Below are positions 24,015 to 32,616 of a stretch of 39,812 bases of DNA, in pieces. The notes below the pieces were generated by a model that was not told where the DNA came from, did no database searches, and saw nothing but the letters and a program-made list of their open reading frames with translations. This stretch comes from Christensenellaceae bacterium Phil1. GTDB taxonomy: Bacteria; Bacillota; Clostridia; Peptostreptococcales; Anaerovoracaceae. Position 1 is the first letter of the stretch, and every line of letters begins with the position of its first letter. Location of the stretch: NCBI GenBank assembly GCA_963648745.1, contig CAVJEY010000004.1, forward strand, positions 1 to 39,812, given 5' to 3'. The translations under genes and the position numbers were made by a program.

Positions 24015-27000
24015 TTACAGATCGTATTCTTCTACAATACTTGCTCTGCCTGCTCTTATTGCTGTCAGTATTGTACCTACCTGTTCACCGATAATTTCGA
24101 TTTTAGCCGGTGGTGTCGCAAGTATAACCTGCAGATCCAGGCTGTTGAAAAACTCCATCATTGCTTTTATCCTTTCATCATCCATTTTATCAAACGCCTC
24201 ATCAAGCAGCATCAGTCTCACACTGTTTCCGAATCTGTAAAGCTGATAAAAGGACGCTGCTATTGCAACATAATACGGCACCTGGGTTTCGCTTCCGCTT
24301 TTTTCTCCGTATATATCGGAGAACTTCTGAAGAGAGCCGTCTCTTTTTCTTATTTCAATATCATAGTCCAGATATGATCTGTAATCCGTATATTCGGCTA
24401 CAATTCTGTCACCTTTGTCATCTCTGGTCATAAGTTTATCAAAGAGATCGGAAATCTCTTCTCTGTATTCGGCTTCAAAAGCTGCAGTCCAGAGGCTGTT
24501 GCCCTCCTGGTTGTTCTCAGATGTAATCATTTTATACAAGCCTTCTTTCTGCTTGTCAAAAGTGATTTTGAAATGATAGCTGTCATCCCCGTAATATATA
24601 TTATCAAGTGCCTTGTTGAGATTGCGGAATTCGTTTCTGGCAGCTTCGATATGCTCTTTCATTTTGGAAAGAAAATCACTTCTGAAAATTTCCTCACACT
24701 CTTCTTTTGCAGTTTTGAGTTTTTCTTCGTATTTTACAAGCTCAACCGATTTCAGTTTCTGTGCAGCCGAGATATATTCGTCAATTCCTTCTGTTCCCGA
24801 AGTAAAGTCGCAGCTGTAGTCATAATTAAATGTATACTGCTGTGCTTTGAGAGAATCTGTAAGCTGCATACGCTCGTTCTGAAACTGACTTCTCTGAGGC
24901 GTGAAATTTGATATTATTGTCTCCGGCATCTTTTTCCTGCGGTTATCCGAATATTTTTTCCCGGCCTCTTCATATGCCTTCTCATCATTATCCGCAAGGG
25001 CTCTGAGACTGTCTCTTTCGCTGTCATTTCTCGCTTTATATTCTGCAAGCTGCTTCTGCCCGGCTTCAATATCCCACGATGTTTTGCTTCTGTTTTCTCT
25101 GAATTTTTCCAGAGCGGCATTTACATCTTCCAGTTCTTTTTCTATCGCCTGCTTCTTTATTTCAAGCTCCAGGAGGGATGGATCTTTTTTTGCCTCCTTA
25201 AGCTCCGCTTTAATATTCGCCAGAGATTTTGTCTCTCTTGCCAGATCTGCAGGAGCATTCATATAAAGCTGTATAAGCTCAGGATTGACATCTGCCTCAA
25301 GCTTTATTATCTCATCATATATTATGCTGTTTTCTCTGAGTCTGCTTCGCTGTGCATTTTTTTCCTGCAGTTCTGCTTTTATATGCTCTATCTGCATCCT
25401 GAAAGCATTCTGACCTATATACGGATTCCTATATAACTTCGGATCCATATTTCTTACAACATAGCCCTGATAAAGCATACAGTCCGCCGTAACAGCAATC
25501 CTGTGCTCTTTAAGCTGTTCAACCCTGTCACAGCGCATTACTCTTCCCAGCAGATAGTCAATATATGCTTTTGCATATCTGTTTTCACTTTTTACAACAT
25601 ATGCCAGAGATTTATTGTCCGTCTCCTGACTGACTGTCAGCTTTCCTGTATTGATTATGCCCGCCGAATGTATGTTTTTTCTGTTTCTGTGGTAGCACTG
25701 CAGTGCTGCGTCATAGTATTCCGGCTCTACAACAAGATAAAATTTCTGTGTGTTAAGATAGCCCTCAACAGCATTTCTCCACGTTTCATCTGTTATTTCA
25801 AGAAGCTCTGAAAGTATATAAACTTTTGATGAGATTCCCCTTGCGCTGAATTCTTTTTCTATGTATTCTTTTAATTTTGCCGTGTTTTCAGGATATGTAA
25901 GTATCTGCTTGTGAAGTCTCCTGTTTTTCTCCTGAAGAATCTGAATCTGACTGTCAAGTTCCTTTAATCCGACAGCCAGTTTTGCTCTTTCTTCATGAAG
26001 TGACATCATCTCCTGTTTTGAAAAGAGTTTCAGAGCCTCAACGGTTTCATATTTCCTGTCATCATAATGCTCGGATACAAGTGTATTAAGCTGCTCTGCC
26101 GACACCGGAGTTCTGCCTGCCTCTTTAAGCTTTTTGAGGAATTTTTCCAGGGCTGCCACCTGAACCTTGAGCTGCCCTGCCCGCACCTGCGCTTCTTTTA
26201 TGCTGCTTTCTGCTGCTGCAGCCTTATGCTGCAGTTCCTCTAAAAGTCTGCTTGCTTTATTTTCATGGATAGATACATTTACAGCCAGCAGTTTCTCTGA
26301 AGCAGCTGCGCTTTCTTTTTCAAGCTGCGTGATTTTAATATTAAGACCTGAAATCATCTGCTCTTTTGCAATTATATCTTTTTCGATGGCAGCAAGTTTT
26401 TCTCTGAGCATATCTATTCCCGCTATACGCAAAAGAAAATCATTGACTTTAATATCATAATCTTTTGCTTCTATCCGGTCATAGGTATTTATTATTCCTT
26501 CAAGGCATTCAAGCTGCCTGTTGCTTTTTATGAGAAGCTCTTCAAGCTCGCTCAGGGTTTCAATATTTTCTCTAAGCGCCGCAACATCTATTTTTTCTTC
26601 GGAAAGTACAAATTTATTTATAAATTCCTTAACATTATCCATAGGTTTGAATGCAAGAGATTTGGGAATTATGTCAAAGAATCTGTCATCGAGATTTCCC
26701 ATTCTTCTCTTGAATCTGTCTCTTGCAGCATAATTCTGATCTATATACCTGATGCGTCTGCCTCTTACCCTGAATTCTTCTGCAAGAGCAGCTTTTCCAT
26801 GCACCACAAATGACATATCCTCAAGCCTGCACTCCTCAACATACCACCTGGTTACAACCCTGCTTTCTTCATCAGGTGAAAGCATATGCACACCCATTAC
26901 AAAATATTTTCCTGTCTTTTCCTCAAAAAACTCCAGCGCCACATTGGCAGGAACTGCATTTTTCCTGAGATATGTCTCTCCGACATTACCTGTTTTACAG

Positions 27001-27224
27001 CGCACATACCCTTTAAGATCTCTGTTGCCCTTTTCATTTGCCGCAACGTTGAATTTCCTTGTATTTGTAGTCAGCACCAGCTGTATGGCATCAAGAATTG
27101 TTGATTTGCCGGCAGTATTCTCTCCGCTTATAAGGGTGGAACCGTGCATTGTAATGCATTCGTTTTCAAAGAAGTGCCAGTTAATCAGCCTCACCCGGCA
27201 TAATATCTTCTTCTGTTTCTCCAT
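24015..27224 (-). CDS. jetC: Wadjet JetC (SMC/MukB-like ATPase)
   Basis: N-terminal LINWHFF..GENTAGKST (Walker A), about 700 aa of K/E-rich coiled coil, and C-terminal LMLLDEAFDKMD (Walker B). The ATG at 27224 is preceded by AGGAGG and overlaps the jetB 3' end by 44 nt. Confidence 0.88.
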   Translation of the reverse strand: MEKQKKILCRVRLINWHFFENECITMHGSTLISGENTAGKSTILDAIQLVLTTNTRKFNVAANEKGNRDLKGYVRCKTGNVGETYLRKNAVPANVALEFFEEKTGKYFVMGVHMLSPDEESRVVTRWYVEECRLEDMSFVVHGKAALAEEFRVRGRRIRYIDQNYAARDRFKRRMGNLDDRFFDIIPKSLAFKPMDNVKEFINKFVLSEEKIDVAALRENIETLSELEELLIKSNRQLECLEGIINTYDRIEAKDYDIKVNDFLLRIAGIDMLREKLAAIEKDIIAKEQMISGLNIKITQLEKESAAASEKLLAVNVSIHENKASRLLEELQHKAAAAESSIKEAQVRAGQLKVQVAALEKFLKKLKEAGRTPVSAEQLNTLVSEHYDDRKYETVEALKLFSKQEMMSLHEERAKLAVGLKELDSQIQILQEKNRRLHKQILTYPENTAKLKEYIEKEFSARGISSKVYILSELLEITDETWRNAVEGYLNTQKFYLVVEPEYYDAALQCYHRNRKNIHSAGIINTGKLTVSQETDNKSLAYVVKSENRYAKAYIDYLLGRVMRCDRVEQLKEHRIAVTADCMLYQGYVVRNMDPKLYRNPYIGQNAFRMQIEHIKAELQEKNAQRSRLRENSIIYDEIIKLEADVNPELIQLYMNAPADLARETKSLANIKAELKEAKKDPSLLELEIKKQAIEKELEDVNAALEKFRENRSKTSWDIEAGQKQLAEYKARNDSERDSLRALADNDEKAYEEAGKKYSDNRRKKMPETIISNFTPQRSQFQNERMQLTDSLKAQQYTFNYDYSCDFTSGTEGIDEYISAAQKLKSVELVKYEEKLKTAKEECEEIFRSDFLSKMKEHIEAARNEFRNLNKALDNIYYGDDSYHFKITFDKQKEGLYKMITSENNQEGNSLWTAAFEAEYREEISDLFDKLMTRDDKGDRIVAEYTDYRSYLDYDIEIRKRDGSLQKFSDIYGEKSGSETQVPYYVAIAASFYQLYRFGNSVRLMLLDEAFDKMDDERIKAMMEFFNSLDLQVILATPPAKIEIIGEQVGTILTAIRAGRASIVEEYDL

Positions 27225-27822
27225 TATCTTTTCCTCCTGTATAGGTCTGCAGTCTTTTTTCTGCCGCCTCATAATATTCATTGATATTCTCAACCGGTAT
27301 CGCCATTAAAACTGACGGATATATTATTATTCTCGTGTCTGCACTGTTCACATCGCTGTCAAGATTGGTAATAATATTATACTTTCTAAACAGTGATATC
27401 ATCCGCTTTTCCATGCCCTTATCCATATTGGGCTTGGATTTTATTCTGAGCATGGAGTATTTCTCGCGTATCTCCTCCATTATAACTGTCACTTCCTCCG
27501 AAAAAGTTGAAAGCTCTTTCCTTTTTTCAAGATATAAAAGTCTGAGTATCAGCAGGAGTATGCTGTCTGATTTGTTAAGAGAAAGTCTTCCTGTACCAAA
27601 CTGGTTTACAAGGGCCGCCACGCCCTGATCTTCATTAAGTCTGATATCATAGCCCAGCAGATCAAAATATTCTCTGAACATATTTATATTCTGTCTTACA
27701 AATATATAGTCTTTTCTGGTATCTTCTTTTTTCTTCAGCAGAAAGCACTGGTTGAGCAGTCTGTTGGCTGCTGTCCTGAATTTTTCTTTCTGTGCAGCTG
27801 ATTCATTCAGTATTTCAAACAT
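27181..27822 (-). CDS. jetB: Wadjet JetB (DUF4194, MukE/MksE-like)
   Basis: 213-aa ORF located between jetA and jetC. The LLNQCFLLKK..YIFVRQN..YFDLLGYDIRLNED pattern is typical of DUF4194. Confidence 0.8.
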   Translation of the reverse strand: MFEILNESAAQKEKFRTAANRLLNQCFLLKKKEDTRKDYIFVRQNINMFREYFDLLGYDIRLNEDQGVAALVNQFGTGRLSLNKSDSILLLILRLLYLEKRKELSTFSEEVTVIMEEIREKYSMLRIKSKPNMDKGMEKRMISLFRKYNIITNLDSDVNSADTRIIIYPSVLMAIPVENINEYYEAAEKRLQTYTGGKDNGETEEDIMPGEAD

Positions 27823-27828
27823 TTAATT

Positions 27829-29232
27829 CTACCTCTTGTATATAATAAATTCCGGTATTTCAAATTCTCCCGTCTGTATTCTGCTGTTCAGGCGCTCTAT
27901 AGTATACTGATTGGCTCTGTTGCCCGCATATATGCTTATATATACAAGCCTTATGACATCTCTCTTTGTCTGTACAGGAATTTCACTGACATTGATTTCA
28001 TCTCTGTCACCAAGGAGATTTATTACGTATTCATTGATGTTTTTTCTCGAAAACTTCCGCCTGTTGCGTGCCCTGAGCGCTTCTTTGTACAAAGCTCTGC
28101 TTTCTTCTGACATAACCATATCGCTCCCGAGCTCATCTACCTGTCCGGTCTTTTTTAATACGGGCATGGTTTTAAGTGATTCAGGAGAAATATAGCTCTG
28201 AGGATACAGGGAAAATAAGCCGCGCAGTTCCTCTGCTGTTTCAGGAGAGAACTCTGCTGTCTCATTTTTATTCAGTTCTTCGGCAAGGCCGCTTAATATC
28301 CTTGAAAGTTTTCCTTCTGTATTATTGCCTGCCGAAAGCAGAAATCTTGCTCTCATTACTGCATTTCTCTGATACCTTGTATGTTTGCGGTCTATCTCCT
28401 CTATAATATCGTCGAGGCTGTAAAAGGCGGATTTGATGTCCAGAATTATATTTACAAGTGCATCATAGGCTTCGTCCTGATCATCATTCTGCTCAATTTC
28501 CATGTAGCCTTTCGTCCCTCTTTCCATTATGCTTTCATCTTCCAGTATTTCATCAAGTTTTCTTACAATGGCTGTACGAAAATACGATATATTCTCACTT
28601 GTTTTCATTCGCAGATATGCTTTTGAGCCTATATTCTGATGGTATTCAAAGAACAGATCCAGAACCTCTGAAGCATCCATGTCATTTGTCTGTTTTTCCA
28701 TGTGTCTTTTGATGCTTGCATTCAGTTTTTTGAGTTCTGATATAAGGCGGTCTGTGTTTTCCTTCACACCCTTTATAATCAGTTCATAGGGCCTGCTGTA
28801 AAGCTCACTGTTCTGAAGACTTGCATGTATCTGAGAAATAAGTCCCTGATACTCTGTTTCTTCATTTCTGATCAGAGTATTCATGCTTTCTATCACAGGA
28901 ACAGCATACTCAAAGAGTACAACATTAAGCTGATGATCTGTCTCCTGCTCGTATTCTATCCAGCCGCAGCTTTTGAGCATTGCAACTACACCGTTTGCTT
29001 TTTCTCTCGCATCACTTACCAGTGTTTCATCATCACTGAAAGTCATTTCGGTATCATCTGATTCAAAGTATTCCGTAAGCGCCCTTATAACCACTTCACG
29101 GCTTACTCCATAGGATATTTCGGCCTTGAATGTATTGAATATAAGCATTATGCAGTCTGCATATTCTCTGCGATATTTGCTTGTGAGAGGCTTGAAAAAA
29201 TCCTCCGGCAGTATATTAAAAAGATTGTTCAT
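27829..29232 (-). CDS. jetA: Wadjet JetA (kleisin-like MukF/MksF analogue)
   Basis: 467-aa first gene of the four-gene array, with size and position typical of JetA. The stop codon lies 6 nt before the jetB ATG. Confidence 0.75.
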   Translation of the reverse strand: MNNLFNILPEDFFKPLTSKYRREYADCIMLIFNTFKAEISYGVSREVVIRALTEYFESDDTEMTFSDDETLVSDAREKANGVVAMLKSCGWIEYEQETDHQLNVVLFEYAVPVIESMNTLIRNEETEYQGLISQIHASLQNSELYSRPYELIIKGVKENTDRLISELKKLNASIKRHMEKQTNDMDASEVLDLFFEYHQNIGSKAYLRMKTSENISYFRTAIVRKLDEILEDESIMERGTKGYMEIEQNDDQDEAYDALVNIILDIKSAFYSLDDIIEEIDRKHTRYQRNAVMRARFLLSAGNNTEGKLSRILSGLAEELNKNETAEFSPETAEELRGLFSLYPQSYISPESLKTMPVLKKTGQVDELGSDMVMSEESRALYKEALRARNRRKFSRKNINEYVINLLGDRDEINVSEIPVQTKRDVIRLVYISIYAGNRANQYTIERLNSRIQTGEFEIPEFIIYKR

Positions 29233-29267
29233 TGTTTTCCCTTCACCTTACAGCTTCCGTATCTGCA

Positions 29268-29276
29268 ATTATACCA
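29268..29276 (-). promoter_or_regulatory. Extended -10 promoter element TGGTATAAT upstream of jetA
   Basis: Read on the minus strand, 36 nt upstream of the jetA ATG. Confidence 0.45.
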
Positions 29277-29304
29277 CAGCTGTTAAGATATACACTACAG
29301 TTAT

Positions 29305-31320
29305 TTACAGTTCTTCCTTCCGTATCATCCCATGACTTATGCAGAATCCGTATGATAAAACCCTCCTGCTGCTTCCAAAGACTGCAGTGACAGTATCTCC
29401 TTCAACAGACATTACCATTCCTGTACCAAATGATTTGTGTATAATCACATCTCCCGGTTCAAGCTCCATATTCACGGAAGTTTCATATACAGACCTGCCC
29501 GGCTGGGTTTTCCTGAGTATCTTTTCCATAAGATATACAAACGGCATATAGCAGTCGCTGTATTTAAGTATCATCAGGCTCTCCTTTGCTCTCGTAAGAC
29601 CTACATAAAAAAGCCTCCTTTCCTCTTCAGTGTCTGCCTCCGCACCCGGCATAATTCCGTCAATCGCATCTGCAATTATGACATTGTCGTATTCAAGACC
29701 CTTTGCCGAATGAATGGTGGACAGTATGACATCCGCACCATAATCAGGCGCTTTGTTTTCAATATCATATTCAAGTTCCTCAAGCATATTGAGAAACTCC
29801 CCGGCGCTCATATCCTCTGATGCAAGGCATTTGAGGATGTACATCTTCTCCGCATCTGTGTTTCTTGTGCCGGAAATAAGTGTTTCTACTGTTTCCAGCG
29901 CCTCCGGGGCTGACATGGTTTTAAGCATCCTGATATATGAGGCTGTGCTCCTGATGACCCTGCTTCTGCTGCCGTCCTTTACAAGCAGTTCAAGGCAGTT
30001 CCATATACCTTCTCTGCTTCTGCCGTTTTCATACATGCCTACTGCTGTCTCTGCCATTTTTTTAGTTATATAGCAGCCTGTTTTAGAGTATGTGTTCATA
30101 AACAGCTCTGTGTTTCCCATATCAAAGGAGAGCTTTATCAGATCGGTTACATACCGTACTGTCCTGCCTGTAAAAAATGCTGTTTCCATACCTCTGCAGT
30201 TATATGGTACTCCTTCTTTTTTGAGTCTGTATATGTACGGCAGCGCGCTGTCATTGTTTCTGTAAAGTATGGCTGTCTGTCTGCCGCTGTAAATGCTTCT
30301 GATATGGTTTATGACTCTGTCATACTGCTGGTGCCTTTTTCCCATATTGTCTGTTATCACGGGCTTTGCTTCCGGCTTTGCAGGCAGCATTTTCTTCTTG
30401 TGCCTGTTCCGGTTGTGTTTAATAAACTGTGCGGCTGCTTTTACAATATATCCGTCGGATCTGTAGTCGGTTTCAAGGAGCAGCACCTGCCCGCCTTTGT
30501 ATGTTTTTTCAAATTCCATCAGAGCCTGCGGGTATGCAGCTCTGAACCCGTATATGCTCTGGTCTTCGTCGCCTGCCATAAACAGTTCATTTCTGCCGCA
30601 TACAAGCATCTGAATTATATAGTGCTGTATTTTAGATGTGTCCTGCGCCTCATCAACCAGCAGATATCTGTATCTGTTTCTGAAGTATTCACGGACTCTG
30701 CTGTTTTTTCTAAGTATACGGAATGCGAACACCAGCTGGTCGTCAAAGTCCATCAGACGGTGTTCACCAAGCCTGCGGCAGTACCTCTCATATATATTCT
30801 CTATTGAAATTCTGTCCTCTGTAACTGTTACCGCTCTTATCTCCTCTCTGTTAAGAAGCATATTTTTAATATATGCTATATTCTGCTGTATTTCTCTGAT
30901 GTCAGCCTCATCAGGCCATTTCCCTATCTGTGATATGTAAATCTCCCTTATAGCTGGAAGACTGTCTTCTATGAGTTCAAAGCTGCTGCCGCCTGTAATA
31001 TATGTGTAGTACCTGATTATTTCGCTGCAAAGGGAGTTTATGGTCTTAAATGTCACCGAATCTGAATATTCCCCGCCGAAGTATTTTTCAAATCTGGCTT
31101 TCATATCCCCTGTCGCCGCATTTGTATATGTCACGGTAAGTATATGCTCAGGCCTGATTCCTTTTACATATATCATATATCCGAGCCTTGCAACAAGTGC
31201 TGTGGTTTTGCCGGAGCCGGGCACGGCAAGAAGCAGACAGAGATTGCCGCCTTTAACAGCCTCCGCCTGCTGGTCATCAAGCGTCAGATTGAATTTTTCT
31301 ATGTACTCTTCAAATGTCAT
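29305..31320 (-). CDS. UvrD/PcrA-like SF1 DNA helicase with a C-terminal Tudor-like tail
   Basis: Motif I AVPGSGKTT, motif II LLVDEAQDTS, motif Ia/III context, and C-terminal HKSFGTGMVMSVEGDTVTAVF. Confidence 0.88.
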   Translation of the reverse strand: MTFEEYIEKFNLTLDDQQAEAVKGGNLCLLLAVPGSGKTTALVARLGYMIYVKGIRPEHILTVTYTNAATGDMKARFEKYFGGEYSDSVTFKTINSLCSEIIRYYTYITGGSSFELIEDSLPAIREIYISQIGKWPDEADIREIQQNIAYIKNMLLNREEIRAVTVTEDRISIENIYERYCRRLGEHRLMDFDDQLVFAFRILRKNSRVREYFRNRYRYLLVDEAQDTSKIQHYIIQMLVCGRNELFMAGDEDQSIYGFRAAYPQALMEFEKTYKGGQVLLLETDYRSDGYIVKAAAQFIKHNRNRHKKKMLPAKPEAKPVITDNMGKRHQQYDRVINHIRSIYSGRQTAILYRNNDSALPYIYRLKKEGVPYNCRGMETAFFTGRTVRYVTDLIKLSFDMGNTELFMNTYSKTGCYITKKMAETAVGMYENGRSREGIWNCLELLVKDGSRSRVIRSTASYIRMLKTMSAPEALETVETLISGTRNTDAEKMYILKCLASEDMSAGEFLNMLEELEYDIENKAPDYGADVILSTIHSAKGLEYDNVIIADAIDGIMPGAEADTEEERRLFYVGLTRAKESLMILKYSDCYMPFVYLMEKILRKTQPGRSVYETSVNMELEPGDVIIHKSFGTGMVMSVEGDTVTAVFGSSRRVLSYGFCISHGMIRKEEL

Positions 31321-31380
31321 ATCGGTAACTCCGCTGCTGATGTATTATTTAACAGGCTGCTCCATATATCCATTTCTGTA

Positions 31381-32382
31381 TTATCTGTCGCTTTTCACAG
31401 CTTCTTTTCTGGCCTGTTTTTCGGTTTTTTTAATCGTCTTTAAGTATTCGACTTCGACAGGAGAAAGTGTTGCCTCCTGATATTTTCTGTATTCGGCCTT
31501 TGCTTTTTCTGTTGCGGTATAATGCGATATTTTCCCCGAATCAGACAGCAGTTTTCTACCGCCCGAAGACAGTACAGCATCAAGCTGCTCTATATAGTCG
31601 CTCATATACATAGGTCTGTGCTCAATTGCATTAATCTCAGCCAGGTCAAAATAACCCGAAACAAGTCTGCTCATTATTTTCAGTTCATCTTCGTCCAGAT
31701 AATTCTTCGCTATTGTAATATCCTTCATTACAGGCATATCACCCGAAAATGTTTTTAATCCCATAAAAGATTTCTCTGCGTCCGCTCTTTCAAATATTAC
31801 CTCTGCCGCAGTATGACCATGCGCTGCATAGTGCAGTTTGTTTTGAACAATCCTGAAAAAATGTACGGATTCGCTGCTTCGCGGATCATAGTCGACACTT
31901 GTAGCATATAAATCCAGAACCTGCCTGTACAGGACTTTTTCCGATGATCTGATATCTCTTATTCTGTCTAAGAGTTCTTTCCAGTACATTCCTCCACCAT
32001 TGCCTTTAAGGCGTTCATCGTCCATCGCAAAGCCTTTGATAATATACTCTTTCAATCGTTCTGTTGCCCATTTTCTGAAACTGGTAGCTATTGACGACTT
32101 AATCCTGTATCCCAGAGATATAATCATATCAAGGTTATAATGCTTAACAGTATAGGTTTTGCCATCAGCGGCAGTTGTTCGGAAATTCCGAACAACTGAA
32201 TTTTCTTCAAGCTCCCCTTCTTCAAAAATATGTTTTATATGTTCACTGACATTCGATTTGCTGGACTGGTATAAATCGGCCATCTGCTGCTGCGTAAGCC
32301 ATACTGTTTCATCCTCCAGTTTAACCTCAATGCCTGCACTTCCGTCTTTGTTTGTATATATGAGAATTTCACTTTCGTTCAT
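31381..32382 (-). CDS. RhuM-family protein (the family often annotated as a DNA-binding protein in type I R-M clusters)
   Basis: N-terminal IEVKLEDETVWLTQQQMADLY..SNVSEHIKHIF and NLDMIISLGYRIKS are characteristic RhuM blocks. The RBS AAGGAG overlaps the upstream stop codon. Confidence 0.85.
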   Translation of the reverse strand: MNESEILIYTNKDGSAGIEVKLEDETVWLTQQQMADLYQSSKSNVSEHIKHIFEEGELEENSVVRNFRTTAADGKTYTVKHYNLDMIISLGYRIKSSIATSFRKWATERLKEYIIKGFAMDDERLKGNGGGMYWKELLDRIRDIRSSEKVLYRQVLDLYATSVDYDPRSSESVHFFRIVQNKLHYAAHGHTAAEVIFERADAEKSFMGLKTFSGDMPVMKDITIAKNYLDEDELKIMSRLVSGYFDLAEINAIEHRPMYMSDYIEQLDAVLSSGGRKLLSDSGKISHYTATEKAKAEYRKYQEATLSPVEVEYLKTIKKTEKQARKEAVKSDR

Positions 32383-32397
32383 CTGTTCATAATCTCC

Positions 32398-32616
32398 TTA
32401 ATAAGGTAGTTTATCTGTAAAAGTATATTTGCCCTTGCCATATCCTTTTTGAGGTTTAATAACACCATATTCAAGCATCTTCTTTATCAGAGCCGATGCC
32501 GGTGATGCAGTTATGTCAAGAATATTCATCACATCACTTCTTCCAAAAATCCTGTCATTTCCCAGTGCATTCCTGAGCATATGAATATTCTTTTGGGTTT
32601 TCCCCGAAACATTCAA
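32398..32616 (-). CDS. Small winged-helix protein, probably the detached C-terminal wHTH of the upstream Fic protein
   Basis: The track start at 32616 is TTG and overlaps the Fic stop codon; the first ATG is at 32580. The sequence DVMNILDITASPASALIKKMLEYGVIKPQKGYGKGKYTF looks like a wHTH. Confidence 0.55.
   Translation of the reverse strand: MNVSGKTQKNIHMLRNALGNDRIFGRSDVMNILDITASPASALIKKMLEYGVIKPQKGYGKGKYTFTDKLPY

Noticed and set aside
23294-24094. A 266-aa plus-strand ORF antisense to jetD.
   Set aside because: It is an F/K/I-rich low-complexity translation of an AT-rich coding region on the other strand. JetD carries clear Toprim motifs, so the antisense ORF is an artefact.
24161-27309. 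A series of plus-strand ORFs (68-185 aa) antisense to jetC and jetB.
   Set aside because: They translate to low-complexity S/F/L/I-rich strings. That is the expected mirror image of a K/E-rich coiled-coil gene. They have no RBS or recognisable domains and are fully embedded in a well-supported CDS.
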